A stretch of DNA of 64,000 nucleotides from a virus (taxonomy: Duplodnaviria > Caudoviricetes). This document shows, one piece after another, positions 44,683 through 54,354 of the stretch. Numbering within the stretch: the stretch's first letter is position 1; each line of letters opens with the position of its first letter. The stretch covers positions 224,001 to 288,000 of IMG/VR virus record IMGVR_UViG_3300002835_000001. One strand, 5' to 3'. Below the pieces are notes generated by a model. That model was not told where the DNA came from. It saw nothing but the letters and a program-made list of their open reading frames with translations, and searched no databases. The position numbers were made by a program, and so were the translations under genes.

Positions 44683-45120
44683 ATGAAAAATGTCATTGAT
44701 AATCGAAAAGCTTATTTTAATTATAATATCGAGGATAAGTACACCGCAGGTATACAATTAATTGGTACTGAAATAAAGTCCATTCGTGAAGGTAAATTAA
44801 ATTTTAACGATTCATTTTGTTTATTCATCAATGGTGAATTATTTGTCCGAGGGATTTACATATCAGATTATTCTTTTGGTGTAAAACATGAAAATGTTAG
44901 AGATAGGAAATTACTACTAACCAAAAAGGAATTAAAGAAAATACAGGAATCAATTAAAGAAAAGGGATATACGATTGTACCATTAAAAGGGTACTTTACG
45001 GATACGAATTATTTTAAAATAGAGATTGGTATTGGTAAGGGTAAAAAGTCCTACGATAAGAGAGAAACAATAAAAAAAAGGGACTCTGAACGTGAGGTTA
45101 GAAGATTGGTGACCACATAA
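44683..45120 (+). CDS. smpB: SsrA-binding protein SmpB; start reassigned to 44683
   Basis: NRKAYFNY, AGIQLIGTEIKSIR, RDRKLLL, GKGKKSYDKRETIK. Confidence 0.95.
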   Translation: MKNVIDNRKAYFNYNIEDKYTAGIQLIGTEIKSIREGKLNFNDSFCLFINGELFVRGIYISDYSFGVKHENVRDRKLLLTKKELKKIQESIKEKGYTIVPLKGYFTDTNYFKIEIGIGKGKKSYDKRETIKKRDSEREVRRLVTT

Positions 45121-45124
45121 ACGA

Positions 45125-45207
45125 ACAAAAGGTCCGAAGACCCTTTGCCGAGATTAAAAACACCTCCTTTTCGTTTAGATAAGTTATCGTTTAACGGCGA
45201 CCAAACC
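45125..45207. ncRNA. Candidate structured small RNA (element A) containing an anti-SD-like sequence
   Basis: GGTC-cgaa-GACC; TTGCCG/CGGCGA; AACACCTCCTTT at 45159-45170. Confidence 0.45.
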
Positions 45208-45234
45208 AATTAAACTCTACTTATAAATATCACG

Positions 45235-46143
45235 TTATACATATCTTTGCGCTAAAAGTTTTAACATTCCCATACCCATTGTTCCACCAAACATTCCACC
45301 ATCATCTTCCTGGCTTTTATCTCTACCTTCGATTTTGGCTAAATCACTTTCTGATGTATTTGAATTAACCATTTCAGAAAATTTTTCATTTTTTGAGAAA
45401 CGTTCCAATTCATTAGGGTCCCCCATTCTTCTTTCAAAATCTGTTAAATTTGGAATACCTAAAATAGCCAATAAATTATTAGCAACTATAAAATTTCTAA
45501 TATATTGTCTTTTTGCTCTACTACCTAAATAAGTTATATTATACCAGTTAGATAACCATGTTTTTGGTGCATATCCTTTTTTAACAATATATTGTGCTAA
45601 TTTTTCTTCTCTAAAAAATTTAGTTAGTCCCCCACCAATTTTACCGGTACTAACAACCGCACTTGCAATCCCTTTAGGTCTTTCCAATAATTTAGTAAGA
45701 ACCGACTTATGTTGAGTTAAGGAAATTTGAATTTGTTTTGCAAACGTAGGTGAAACTTCATCAACCTGAGAAATTAATTTATTTACTGTCTTACTATCTG
45801 CGTATTTACCTAATTTACTATATTGTTCAGCAACCTTAGGGTTCTTTCTCAAGAATGAAACCATTTCATCGGTTCCCTTTAATGCATTTTTTGCTAACGG
45901 AGATTTAAATATTTTTATCAAAGGTTTTGCTATAAAATCACCAACTGTTGGTATTAAAGCAAATAACATTAAACCAGCGTATAACCATTCTCTTTTGTAA
46001 CAATAATAAATAATCAAAGCTAAATCGGCAACTTCACCGATAACGGGAACAAATCCCACTATCATTAAAGTATTCTCAATCCAGTTTTCATTTATGACCT
46101 GTTTTGATTCTAATAACTCTTCTTTAGTGTAATATTTTTTCAT
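45235..46143 (-). CDS. Putative internal/ejected virion protein with pre-toxin-TG-like N-terminal motif
   Basis: VGFVPVIGEVADLA..Y...A.L..FALIPTVGD. Confidence 0.6.
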   Translation of the reverse strand: MKKYYTKEELLESKQVINENWIENTLMIVGFVPVIGEVADLALIIYYCYKREWLYAGLMLFALIPTVGDFIAKPLIKIFKSPLAKNALKGTDEMVSFLRKNPKVAEQYSKLGKYADSKTVNKLISQVDEVSPTFAKQIQISLTQHKSVLTKLLERPKGIASAVVSTGKIGGGLTKFFREEKLAQYIVKKGYAPKTWLSNWYNITYLGSRAKRQYIRNFIVANNLLAILGIPNLTDFERRMGDPNELERFSKNEKFSEMVNSNTSESDLAKIEGRDKSQEDDGGMFGGTMGMGMLKLLAQRYV

Positions 46144-46772
46144 TATCCGTGTATTAAATTACAAAATTTTGCTCCAGCAATTTCACCAAGATTAGAAGCT
46201 TCTATTGATTCACCAAATAAATTACCAACACCTAATTTAACAACCTCACTTCCACCTGGAGATACTCGCCCACCAATATATGAACCAATACTTTTCATTA
46301 TGGCATCACATAGAGCTGGCATACTATCGGATGCCATACAAGATGACATATCTTTAAATGGTTTTAATAAATTAAGTGGGTCAAATCTTGCAAATGTTGA
46401 AGCCACAAATTCCGACGCCTCACCTTTTAACCCTAAATTACTAAGTAACCATCTTATTGCGTATTCTTTAATTGACGTCATTATAGTTCCTTTTGCAATC
46501 TTACCCCAGTCAGCATTTTTAACTTGTGATAATGCATCATCACCAGCTGCAACTAATGAACTTGCGTCTTGTTCGTTTAAAAAACTTTCAATCTCATCCA
46601 TTTCATACCCCTCACTTATTAAGTTTGAGGAAGCTATTAACACTCTAGTTAAGAATTCATCTTTACTAGATGAACCCCTAACTATTGAAAAAGATTCTTG
46701 AAAAATTTCTTTTCTTGTACGTTGTAAATTTTCACTTACAACCTTTCTAATATCTACTTTTATATTACTCAT
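46143..46772 (-). CDS. Hypothetical helical protein, putative virion internal
   Basis: VSE/ISE/LNE motifs; coupled to neighbours. Confidence 0.6.
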   Translation of the reverse strand: MSNIKVDIRKVVSENLQRTRKEIFQESFSIVRGSSSKDEFLTRVLIASSNLISEGYEMDEIESFLNEQDASSLVAAGDDALSQVKNADWGKIAKGTIMTSIKEYAIRWLLSNLGLKGEASEFVASTFARFDPLNLLKPFKDMSSCMASDSMPALCDAIMKSIGSYIGGRVSPGGSEVVKLGVGNLFGESIEASNLGEIAGAKFCNLIHG

Positions 46773-46775
46773 TTT

Positions 46776-48821
46776 TTATTGTTTTACCCAAACGTATTTA
46801 ACCCCGTAACCTTTATCTTTGTCTTTAATTGATTCTTCTCTATATCCCAATGTTGCAACATATTGACTTAATTGGTCTTTAGCGTCTCCTCCCATGGATT
46901 CTCCTTTATATTTAAGTCTTCCTCCTTCACTAAAGATGTATGGGAATTCAGGATTTGATCCATCACCATAGTTTGATTGTAACATTTTGTAAATTGATTC
47001 ACCATTATTAGATGACCCGCTACCCATATCAATAGGTTTAACTTTACCTGTTAAATCACCTAATTTAGTGGTATCGGATAATTTTATTTTTTCTGTAGAT
47101 ATTGGTGCCAATTCTGCGTCACTATATTTTTTACGTTCAGGTTCGGAGGTCTCGGCTCCACCACATTTGGCTTTAACGGCATCATATATTTCTTTTGTAA
47201 TACCACCTGATAAATCATAAGTTGGTTCCATTGTACGCTTTGTTTTAGGTCCAAAATAACCTTTTTGTGGTGTGATACCTAAACAACCTTGTATTTCTGC
47301 AATTTTTGGTGAAATACAACCAAATTCAAATGGAAAATCTTTAGAAGAACAATCATGATAATTAACTCCAGATTTACTACCTCCACCAACACTTCCTCCA
47401 CCAACTGGTGTTTCATCTTTCTTTTCACCATCCCATGAGATATCTATTTTGGATAACCCAATTTTACCAGCAACTGGAGGTGTCACACCGGGTGTCACAG
47501 GTTGTGTACTTGTATTATTTGCTAAAGCAATAATTTGAGGTTTCATGTTTTTAGCCTTTACGCTTAAATTTGCAACACCGACACCCTGAACGTCAGATAC
47601 AAAATCTTTGTCCTCATCTTCTTTATAATATTGTAAGAATTTTTTAATTGCATCCTCACCATTATTTGTTTTACCTTTTAATGCCGTTAAAATATTAAAA
47701 AGACTTTGTAAATTATATTCAGCAACATATCCATCTAAATCATCTACAGCATCATCAACATATGTATCCATCATTTCATCACTAATTTCATTAGCTTGCT
47801 CATTAAGTACTAATCTTGTTAATGACATTATTTTTGATTCCGTCTGTATTTTTACCTGACCATCTTTACATTTCCATGTACCCATTTTCTTTGTTTTAAT
47901 ATCGGCAACTCTACCGTTAGAGACAAAATTCAATCCTTCGGGATATTCTGGAGTTACTAAACGTACAACCGTTAACTTACTGGCACCTACCTGCATTATT
48001 GTACCTTCTTTTGAATCAAGTAATTCTTTGATACAAGGTGCCCATTGAGTATCGTCAGCCGGTGGAGTCGGTGGCGTTTCTGCTGGTTTTTCACCATCAG
48101 CAACAAACCCATCCAACATATACCAAAGAGCGGCGGCACCAATACCTAATCCAGCACCCCATGCAACCATTTCTTTCCAACTTCGCTTTTTCTTTAATTG
48201 TTCTTGTATTTTAGTTTTCCATTTTTCCCATAAAGTTTTTATATTTGATGGTGCTGGTGGTACATTAGGTTTAGGATTAGGTTTACCGGACGTTGCTCCA
48301 ATATCTTTTTTTGCAATTGTTTCAGGGCGAGCGTATGGTTTTCCAGTTTTTGGATCTATTTGATTAAATTTCTTTTGTACAATTTTTGTTATTGCATCTT
48401 CACTATAACCTGCTTGTTTTAATGCCTTTTCATATGCCGGCTGTCCTTTTGCAAATTCAGCTGCATATTTTTGGTCAAATACTTTATTTCTAACTAAATT
48501 TTCTGAAGCTAAATCAATTAATTTAGCATTTTTAGTATTTGATTTTAAAACACCCAATTCTAATGAACCTTTTAATGTTTTTGATAGTCTGTTACCTTTT
48601 AACGCAGCTAATAATTCTTCAGCTGTTCTAATTCCATTTTTCGTTAATTCGGCAGCAATCTTTTGGTCCTTAATCATTATTTTAAGGTAAGCCTCTAATT
48701 CAGAAGCCACTAATTTACCTTCTCTCGCTGCGGATGCGATTAAATCCTCATCTAAAGATTGTTTAATAGTTTCAATAAGACTCATTTTATTTCTTATTGG
48801 CGAATAGTTTTTATTTTCCAT
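46776..48821 (-). CDS. Large putative virion protein with TM segment and peptidoglycan-binding-like motif
   Basis: WGAGLGIGAAALWYML; IQGCLGITPQKGYFGPKT; LNE sites. Confidence 0.6.
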   Translation of the reverse strand: MENKNYSPIRNKMSLIETIKQSLDEDLIASAAREGKLVASELEAYLKIMIKDQKIAAELTKNGIRTAEELLAALKGNRLSKTLKGSLELGVLKSNTKNAKLIDLASENLVRNKVFDQKYAAEFAKGQPAYEKALKQAGYSEDAITKIVQKKFNQIDPKTGKPYARPETIAKKDIGATSGKPNPKPNVPPAPSNIKTLWEKWKTKIQEQLKKKRSWKEMVAWGAGLGIGAAALWYMLDGFVADGEKPAETPPTPPADDTQWAPCIKELLDSKEGTIMQVGASKLTVVRLVTPEYPEGLNFVSNGRVADIKTKKMGTWKCKDGQVKIQTESKIMSLTRLVLNEQANEISDEMMDTYVDDAVDDLDGYVAEYNLQSLFNILTALKGKTNNGEDAIKKFLQYYKEDEDKDFVSDVQGVGVANLSVKAKNMKPQIIALANNTSTQPVTPGVTPPVAGKIGLSKIDISWDGEKKDETPVGGGSVGGGSKSGVNYHDCSSKDFPFEFGCISPKIAEIQGCLGITPQKGYFGPKTKRTMEPTYDLSGGITKEIYDAVKAKCGGAETSEPERKKYSDAELAPISTEKIKLSDTTKLGDLTGKVKPIDMGSGSSNNGESIYKMLQSNYGDGSNPEFPYIFSEGGRLKYKGESMGGDAKDQLSQYVATLGYREESIKDKDKGYGVKYVWVKQ

Positions 48822-48844
48822 TTTTATTTTTTGATTTTTTTATT

Positions 48845-50101
48845 TTAAAGTTGATCGTAATTGTATTCGGACTCAATATCCGGGTTTGTTAATGCCAATT
48901 CGAGCGATTGTTCATAATCATTTTTTTGTCCTTGTGTATATGCCCCAATTCCTCCTAATAATGCTCCCGTATTTAACGCCGTTTGTGCACCACTACCCAA
49001 TTTACCACCACCTAACGCCGATTTAAGTACTTTTCCGGGTTTACTTACAACATTAACTGCAGCCTTAGCTCCACCACTTAATAAATTAATAATTTGTGTC
49101 ATGAAACCACCAATAGCATTTAGTGGTGTACTTATAAAACTATAAATTTTTGGGGACGTTGTTTTTAAATTAGCTAACGCCTTTCCTATAAGTCCCTTAG
49201 CTCCTGTTAAAGCGTCTAATATTTTTTTAGCGATTCCTTGTAATGCTACGTTCGATTTGATTGCCTTTGTAAATCCTTCAGTACCCGCTCCAAAACTTTT
49301 AAGTGCCGCTCCCACAATTCCTTTAGCTCCTTTAGCCGCTATACCAGCAAAAACTAATCCTATAATATCAACACCTAAAAAAAGTAATCTCCAAGGTAAT
49401 GATAATGTAGTATCTTCGTGATTTCCTGAAATTAATTCATATATATCTAAACCAACAACTATAGCCCATATAACAAATTGTGCTCCTTTACCAACACCTG
49501 TAGCGATTAAAATTGCGTCTAATAAAATACCGATCGGGTTGTACAATGCTGCCCTAATTGATCTTGCAACGTATAAAATACCCTTTCCAATAATTTCAAA
49601 GGCTTTCTTCCATTCACCATCTTTAATATTCGTGTATAGTTTTTTTAGACCGTCTATAGAGGTGTTTGTAAAATCTTTTACTCCTTGTACGGCCGCCGCT
49701 CCTGTTTCTTTTGCATAATCCCAAGCATCGGAGAAGTAATTTCGTTCAGATAAAAGTTGTTTAATGTAAGGTTTTAAACCTGACATATTTTGATTAGATT
49801 CAGTAATTAAAAATGAGTCTAAAGAAGTTAATACCGATTCTTTGATTTCTTGAGGTAAATTTGTTGCAACTTCAAACGAATGTTTTAAAAAGAACTTAAA
49901 ATGGTCAAAATTTTCCCAAATATTACCAATTTTAACTTTATTTTCTACGTCAATTAAATCGTCAAGAAAAATACAAAACTTTTCATCTGGTGATAACCAT
50001 TCAGCAATTACTATTGATTCTGATGATATTGGTCTTCCGTACATTCCCAATATTCTGTTTTGTTCAGATTCCGTAACTATTTGTCTTCTTTGATATACCA
50101 T
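48845..50101 (-). CDS. Gly/Ala-rich multi-hydrophobic-helix protein, putative ejection/membrane-channel protein
   Basis: Several 18-20 aa hydrophobic stretches; VTESEQ leader. Confidence 0.6.
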   Translation of the reverse strand: MVYQRRQIVTESEQNRILGMYGRPISSESIVIAEWLSPDEKFCIFLDDLIDVENKVKIGNIWENFDHFKFFLKHSFEVATNLPQEIKESVLTSLDSFLITESNQNMSGLKPYIKQLLSERNYFSDAWDYAKETGAAAVQGVKDFTNTSIDGLKKLYTNIKDGEWKKAFEIIGKGILYVARSIRAALYNPIGILLDAILIATGVGKGAQFVIWAIVVGLDIYELISGNHEDTTLSLPWRLLFLGVDIIGLVFAGIAAKGAKGIVGAALKSFGAGTEGFTKAIKSNVALQGIAKKILDALTGAKGLIGKALANLKTTSPKIYSFISTPLNAIGGFMTQIINLLSGGAKAAVNVVSKPGKVLKSALGGGKLGSGAQTALNTGALLGGIGAYTQGQKNDYEQSLELALTNPDIESEYNYDQL

Positions 50102-50138
50102 ACTTTTTAGAGTTTTTTATATAAATATCTCAATAATT

Positions 50139-50405
50139 TTATTTTAATGGATTTGATTTACCTCTTTTTAATACACTACCGACAATATCACTCCATTTTG
50201 TTACCCCAATTTGATTAGATGGACCCCTTGTTACTCCACTTTCCCATTTACCAACCGAAGGATAACCCTGACCTCCCGATTGAGCACTTGACGTACCAGT
50301 TTCAGGTTGAGTGGCGGAAGGGTCCGCTTGTTCCTCCATTTCTTTCTCAGAAACTTCTTGTGATAATATAACTTTTAATTGTCTTTCGTTAATTAGTAAT
50401 TCCAT
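50139..50405 (-). CDS. Small hypothetical protein (WESG.TRGP motif)
   Basis: INERQL leader; ATAAATA (minus-strand TATTTAT) at 50411-50417. Confidence 0.6.
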   Translation of the reverse strand: MELLINERQLKVILSQEVSEKEMEEQADPSATQPETGTSSAQSGGQGYPSVGKWESGVTRGPSNQIGVTKWSDIVGSVLKRGKSNPLK

Positions 50406-50485
50406 AATATATAAATACTAAATAATATCTTTGAGGGACATTATTATTTTTAAAAATACGTAATTTAATGGAGTTTATAAAGACA

Positions 50486-50854
50486 TTAATCCTCGTATAT
50501 GTCGGGATTTTCTTTTGAGAACATTTTTATGTATTGACCGGCCTTAGCATTTGCCTCATCTTCTATCTCACCTCCAATATCGGGAGGTCTAACCTCTAAT
50601 CTACCCTGTTCAAATTGTTTGTGGTGAACTAATTCATGTGCCACACTCCTCATGATGTCAACAAGTGCTCTGTTTTTACCATAAACCTTAACTACCTTGT
50701 TTTCTTTGGTGTAATCGTAATTTGCGGTGGTTTTAAGACCATCTCTATTGCTTTTAATAACAATGGTCGGAATAGAATCCAATTCCAATTGATTTTTAAC
50801 GAATTTAACAAACCCGTTTAATTTTTCCTTATTGATATCGCTTAAAAGTGCCAT
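50486..50854 (-). CDS. HExxH zincin-like small protein
   Basis: RSVAHELVHHKQ..EDEANA. Confidence 0.7.
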   Translation of the reverse strand: MALLSDINKEKLNGFVKFVKNQLELDSIPTIVIKSNRDGLKTTANYDYTKENKVVKVYGKNRALVDIMRSVAHELVHHKQFEQGRLEVRPPDIGGEIEDEANAKAGQYIKMFSKENPDIYED

Positions 50855-50865
50855 AGTAATAAATA

Positions 50866-51114
50866 TCACAAAGTTTTTTCTTCGGGTAAATCGTTTTCTT
50901 TTAGATATTGTTCAATTAATTCAATAATGAAATCCTCATCAATATCCTCCAAATCCACCTCGTCAATTATTTCTGGTGAGTAGTACTTAACCTCGTCATA
51001 CCCTAATTGTAAGACCCTGTAAAAAGTGTCGCCGTCCTCATCCGTTGAGAATTCAACAGACAACCTTCTATGGTCCTCATCGTAATAGTATTCAATTATA
51101 TTCATGGTAAACAT
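50866..51114 (-). CDS. Small acidic hypothetical protein
   Basis: 82 aa ORF. Confidence 0.55.
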   Translation of the reverse strand: MFTMNIIEYYYDEDHRRLSVEFSTDEDGDTFYRVLQLGYDEVKYYSPEIIDEVDLEDIDEDFIIELIEQYLKENDLPEEKTL

Positions 51115-51197
51115 TGATAATTATATTCTTTTTATTCAAAAAACAAAAAATTGTTTAATCATATACAAAATACCATAAAAATTATGTAATTTATAGT

Positions 51198-51527
51198 ATG
51201 TTAGACTGGTATACAATTAATTATCTTTATCCTAAATCCTTTGAGAGGTTTTCTAATGTCATGTTCCCAAATGTTGGGGTGGTTAGTTTATCGACTCTTG
51301 AATTTTATGACGCTAAAAAATTATATCAATTTTTTGACAAAGAGGGTGTATATTTGAATGTTGAGATGTATAACCCACATCAATGGGTTTTTAGTGTATC
51401 ACTTTCTAATGGAATAGTGTTTGGTCCAACACAAGAATCTAAAAAAAATAGAGAAGATGTTGAATATGATGGATTTGTGGAATGTTTTAAAATAATGGAT
51501 AAAATAATAAGAGATAAGACCCAATAG
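51198..51527 (+). CDS. Hypothetical protein
   Basis: 109 aa ORF. Confidence 0.6.
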   Translation: MLDWYTINYLYPKSFERFSNVMFPNVGVVSLSTLEFYDAKKLYQFFDKEGVYLNVEMYNPHQWVFSVSLSNGIVFGPTQESKKNREDVEYDGFVECFKIMDKIIRDKTQ

Positions 51528-51534
51528 TATTTAT

Positions 51535-51831
51535 ATGGAGATGACAATTAATTTTTTACTACAAACAATGAGGGTTCTACATGTCGGTAATTACGATGAG
51601 GAAGAACTATCAATGGTGTATAACTTCATAACTTCTGTTACCGATGACGTATTAAATGACTATAAAGATACATGTACAATTTTATCATATGAAAATGATT
51701 TAGAGTTATATATGGAGATTTTAGACATTTGTATTGTTATTTTTGAAGATAGGGAAGAATATGAAAAATGTCAAAAATTAAAAGATAAAAAAGAAGAAGT
51801 AATAAAAATAATAGAAAATAAAACAATTTAA
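51535..51831 (+). CDS. Hypothetical protein with UVR-like motif
   Basis: REEYEKCQKLKD. Confidence 0.6.
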   Translation: MEMTINFLLQTMRVLHVGNYDEEELSMVYNFITSVTDDVLNDYKDTCTILSYENDLELYMEILDICIVIFEDREEYEKCQKLKDKKEEVIKIIENKTI

Positions 51832-51834
51832 ATC

Positions 51835-51987
51835 ATGAGCGTATTTGGAATGTCGGAAGACGAAAAAAAGAAAATACTTGATAAACATAAAGAGGCAACT
51901 AAAAACCATTATGTTAAAGTAGATGAAACAAAAAAAGGTTTACAAAAACCAGTAGATAAGAAAGACATAAAAAAAACCTCCAAATAG
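51835..51987 (+). CDS. 50-aa basic protein, not in the ORF track
   Basis: Hand translation MSVFGMSEDEKKKILDKHKEATKNHYVKVDETKKGLQKPVDKKDIKKTSK. Confidence 0.55.
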   Translation: MSVFGMSEDEKKKILDKHKEATKNHYVKVDETKKGLQKPVDKKDIKKTSK

Positions 51988-52000
51988 GAGGTTTTTTTTT
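51971..52000. terminator. Bidirectional terminator
   Basis: A6-CCTCC-aaata-GGAGG-T9. Confidence 0.8.
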
Positions 52001-52001
52001 A

Positions 52002-52802
52002 TTATGAAAATATATTATAGTATTCTCTCCATGTACATTTAATTAAATGATATTTTGATGTGTCTTTTAAATACGTTATATCAAATACCTTCTCATCACT
52101 ACCGATAAATTCAGATTCTATACATTCGTTTACTGTGTTGTTAAAATTAAATAATAAATCATTAACTAAATTTGATGGTACAAAAAATGCCGTCCCTTGA
52201 ATATTCCTAACCTGTGATAAAGAATGCCATTGATTATCATGTACACCAAATGGGTCATTATGACTAAAAAATGTTATTTTGTTATTATCTAAATTATTTA
52301 TTTTTTCAATGTTTGGCCAAACCTTACCTTGATAAACTTCGACAGGTTCTCTTAAACCTCCCGCGTCTGCCCAAATAACAAAGTCGTTATCGAAATACCC
52401 ATTATCAACACAATGTTTAATCCAATAAACTTTATTGAACATGATAACATTGTATAATGGTTTATCCATCTCAGGTACATCAAAATGTGCTTTTTGTAGA
52501 AACACATCCGAAAACATTAAATCATTTAATTTTTGATTATAGAGTTTATATCCTTCCAATTCCTCTAATTCTTGAATAACAATAATAGTTTTTTCTAAAT
52601 TAACATCATATTTTCTTCTATAACTTTCAATTTCATCTTTGAATTTTTGTTGAGTGTATATTACAAGATTGGAATCTAAGGATAATGTTCGTTCCATCCA
52701 ATGAATGTATCCACCATATGATTGTGTGAATTTTTCCCATTTATCCCTACCAATGTCGTAAAGTGCGGTAACAATTACCGGATTGTTTATAGCCATTCCC
52801 AT
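52002..52802 (-). CDS. HtrL/WlaTC-like glycosyltransferase
   Basis: VTALYDIGR, LVIYT, YNVIMFNK, IWADAG, FIGSDE. Confidence 0.75.
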   Translation of the reverse strand: MGMAINNPVIVTALYDIGRDKWEKFTQSYGGYIHWMERTLSLDSNLVIYTQQKFKDEIESYRRKYDVNLEKTIIVIQELEELEGYKLYNQKLNDLMFSDVFLQKAHFDVPEMDKPLYNVIMFNKVYWIKHCVDNGYFDNDFVIWADAGGLREPVEVYQGKVWPNIEKINNLDNNKITFFSHNDPFGVHDNQWHSLSQVRNIQGTAFFVPSNLVNDLLFNFNNTVNECIESEFIGSDEKVFDITYLKDTSKYHLIKCTWREYYNIFS

Positions 52803-53542
52803 GTTATTTTAACGTTTTTATGATATATGTTAACCTCATTAACATCAAATAATAATGATGTATTATCAGGTTGTATTATTGTATTTAATTTCATTCCATG
52901 ATAATTTAACATGGTTGGTACAAATCCTTCGTGATATGCGTGAAATTGATTTTCGTTATCTGTTAATAGTTGTTTTAATGCTCTGTTCGAAAATCTTGTA
53001 GTTGGAAAGAAGGAACCGAAATATTCTGTTACCTCATTTGGCATCACAGCTCCATGACCAGGAAACCTATAAAACCATTGGTCATTTGAAAACATTCTAC
53101 TATCTGTTGTATGTATATTCGGTTGCGATAATACTCCTTTATTTTTAAAACAAAAATAAGCTAAAAAGTCTGAATCGTCTTTATCAACACCATCAAAAAA
53201 TTTAGACCAATTGTCCATTCTAATATCATCATCAAAAAACCAATAGTAATCGTAATATGGATTGGATATGTAGAAATTTAACATCCTTAGGTGCGCATAA
53301 AACCACGCTATGTTTCTTCTACCTAAACAATTCCAATAATTAGTGGTGCTCGGTTCAGTATTAAAATTTAAATTTGTTTTTAAATCATTTTCATCAAATG
53401 TAAATCCAATATCAAAAGATTTATCTTTTGTGTTATCTGAAACAAATAAAAATTCTTTACCACTATCTTTAAAATTATCCCAATGCTGGTGATAATGTGG
53501 GTACATTTCAGGTGTTGTACAAACACAATATACGTTATTCAT
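52787..53542 (-). CDS. Putative glycosyltransferase
   Basis: YDYYWFFDDD acidic motif; cluster context. Confidence 0.55.
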   Translation of the reverse strand: MNNVYCVCTTPEMYPHYHQHWDNFKDSGKEFLFVSDNTKDKSFDIGFTFDENDLKTNLNFNTEPSTTNYWNCLGRRNIAWFYAHLRMLNFYISNPYYDYYWFFDDDIRMDNWSKFFDGVDKDDSDFLAYFCFKNKGVLSQPNIHTTDSRMFSNDQWFYRFPGHGAVMPNEVTEYFGSFFPTTRFSNRALKQLLTDNENQFHAYHEGFVPTMLNYHGMKLNTIIQPDNTSLLFDVNEVNIYHKNVKITWEWL

Positions 53543-54353
53543 ATTCTTTAATTAAAATTTCATGCCATTCAGGTACTCTATTAAATTGATGTACGATGTC
53601 AAATAGTTTATCGTCTCCGGTATATACTTTACCATCAATAAATTTTGGTACACCATATCTAGACTCTAAATTTCTCCTTAAACCCCAAGACTCAAAGAAT
53701 TGTGTTGGTCCAGATGATTGACAATGCATTGCCCATCCTTCATCTAAACTAAAAACTTTCAATTTATCAACCATCCCTTTCGCCATCATGATTATTAATG
53801 CAGCTTGGTCCCTAACATTGTGACCATTAACAGCATATTCACACATTAAGTGCATTTTCTCAAATAAATGCATCAATGACTCTCTTTTACCCCCAATAAC
53901 ACCCGAACATGTGATTTCATTATTAATACAACATTCAATTTCACCAGGAAAACATCTATTAATAACATCAGTATTCCATGGCTCCTCTCTTAACATAATA
54001 CCTTCATTACTAACAAATAAATCGTAATTATCTAAATCGAATTTATCAAATGGATTTGATTGAAATAGAACGTCAAAAACATCTGTTGATAAGAAAACAT
54101 CAATATCACTTGCTTTTAAAAATTGTGATATGTGAAATAATCTTTTATTATTTATATACCACGGGTCACCAACATCTGCAACATGATATGTGATATTTAA
54201 TTCTTCACAAACCCTAATATCTTCTTCGTCTGCGTTCGCGGCAATCAATATAACTTCTCCATCGGAATGTTTTCTAAAACTTTCCGACCACACTTTAATT
54301 TTACTCTTATGTTCTTTTATTTTATTGGATATTCCAATTAGTGCTGTTTTCAT
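53535..54353 (-). CDS. Putative GT-A glycosyltransferase
   Basis: STDVFDVLFQ.NPF, CSGVIGG, RDQAAL. Confidence 0.7.
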   Translation of the reverse strand: MKTALIGISNKIKEHKSKIKVWSESFRKHSDGEVILIAANADEEDIRVCEELNITYHVADVGDPWYINNKRLFHISQFLKASDIDVFLSTDVFDVLFQSNPFDKFDLDNYDLFVSNEGIMLREEPWNTDVINRCFPGEIECCINNEITCSGVIGGKRESLMHLFEKMHLMCEYAVNGHNVRDQAALIIMMAKGMVDKLKVFSLDEGWAMHCQSSGPTQFFESWGLRRNLESRYGVPKFIDGKVYTGDDKLFDIVHQFNRVPEWHEILIKEYE

Positions 54354-54354
54354 A

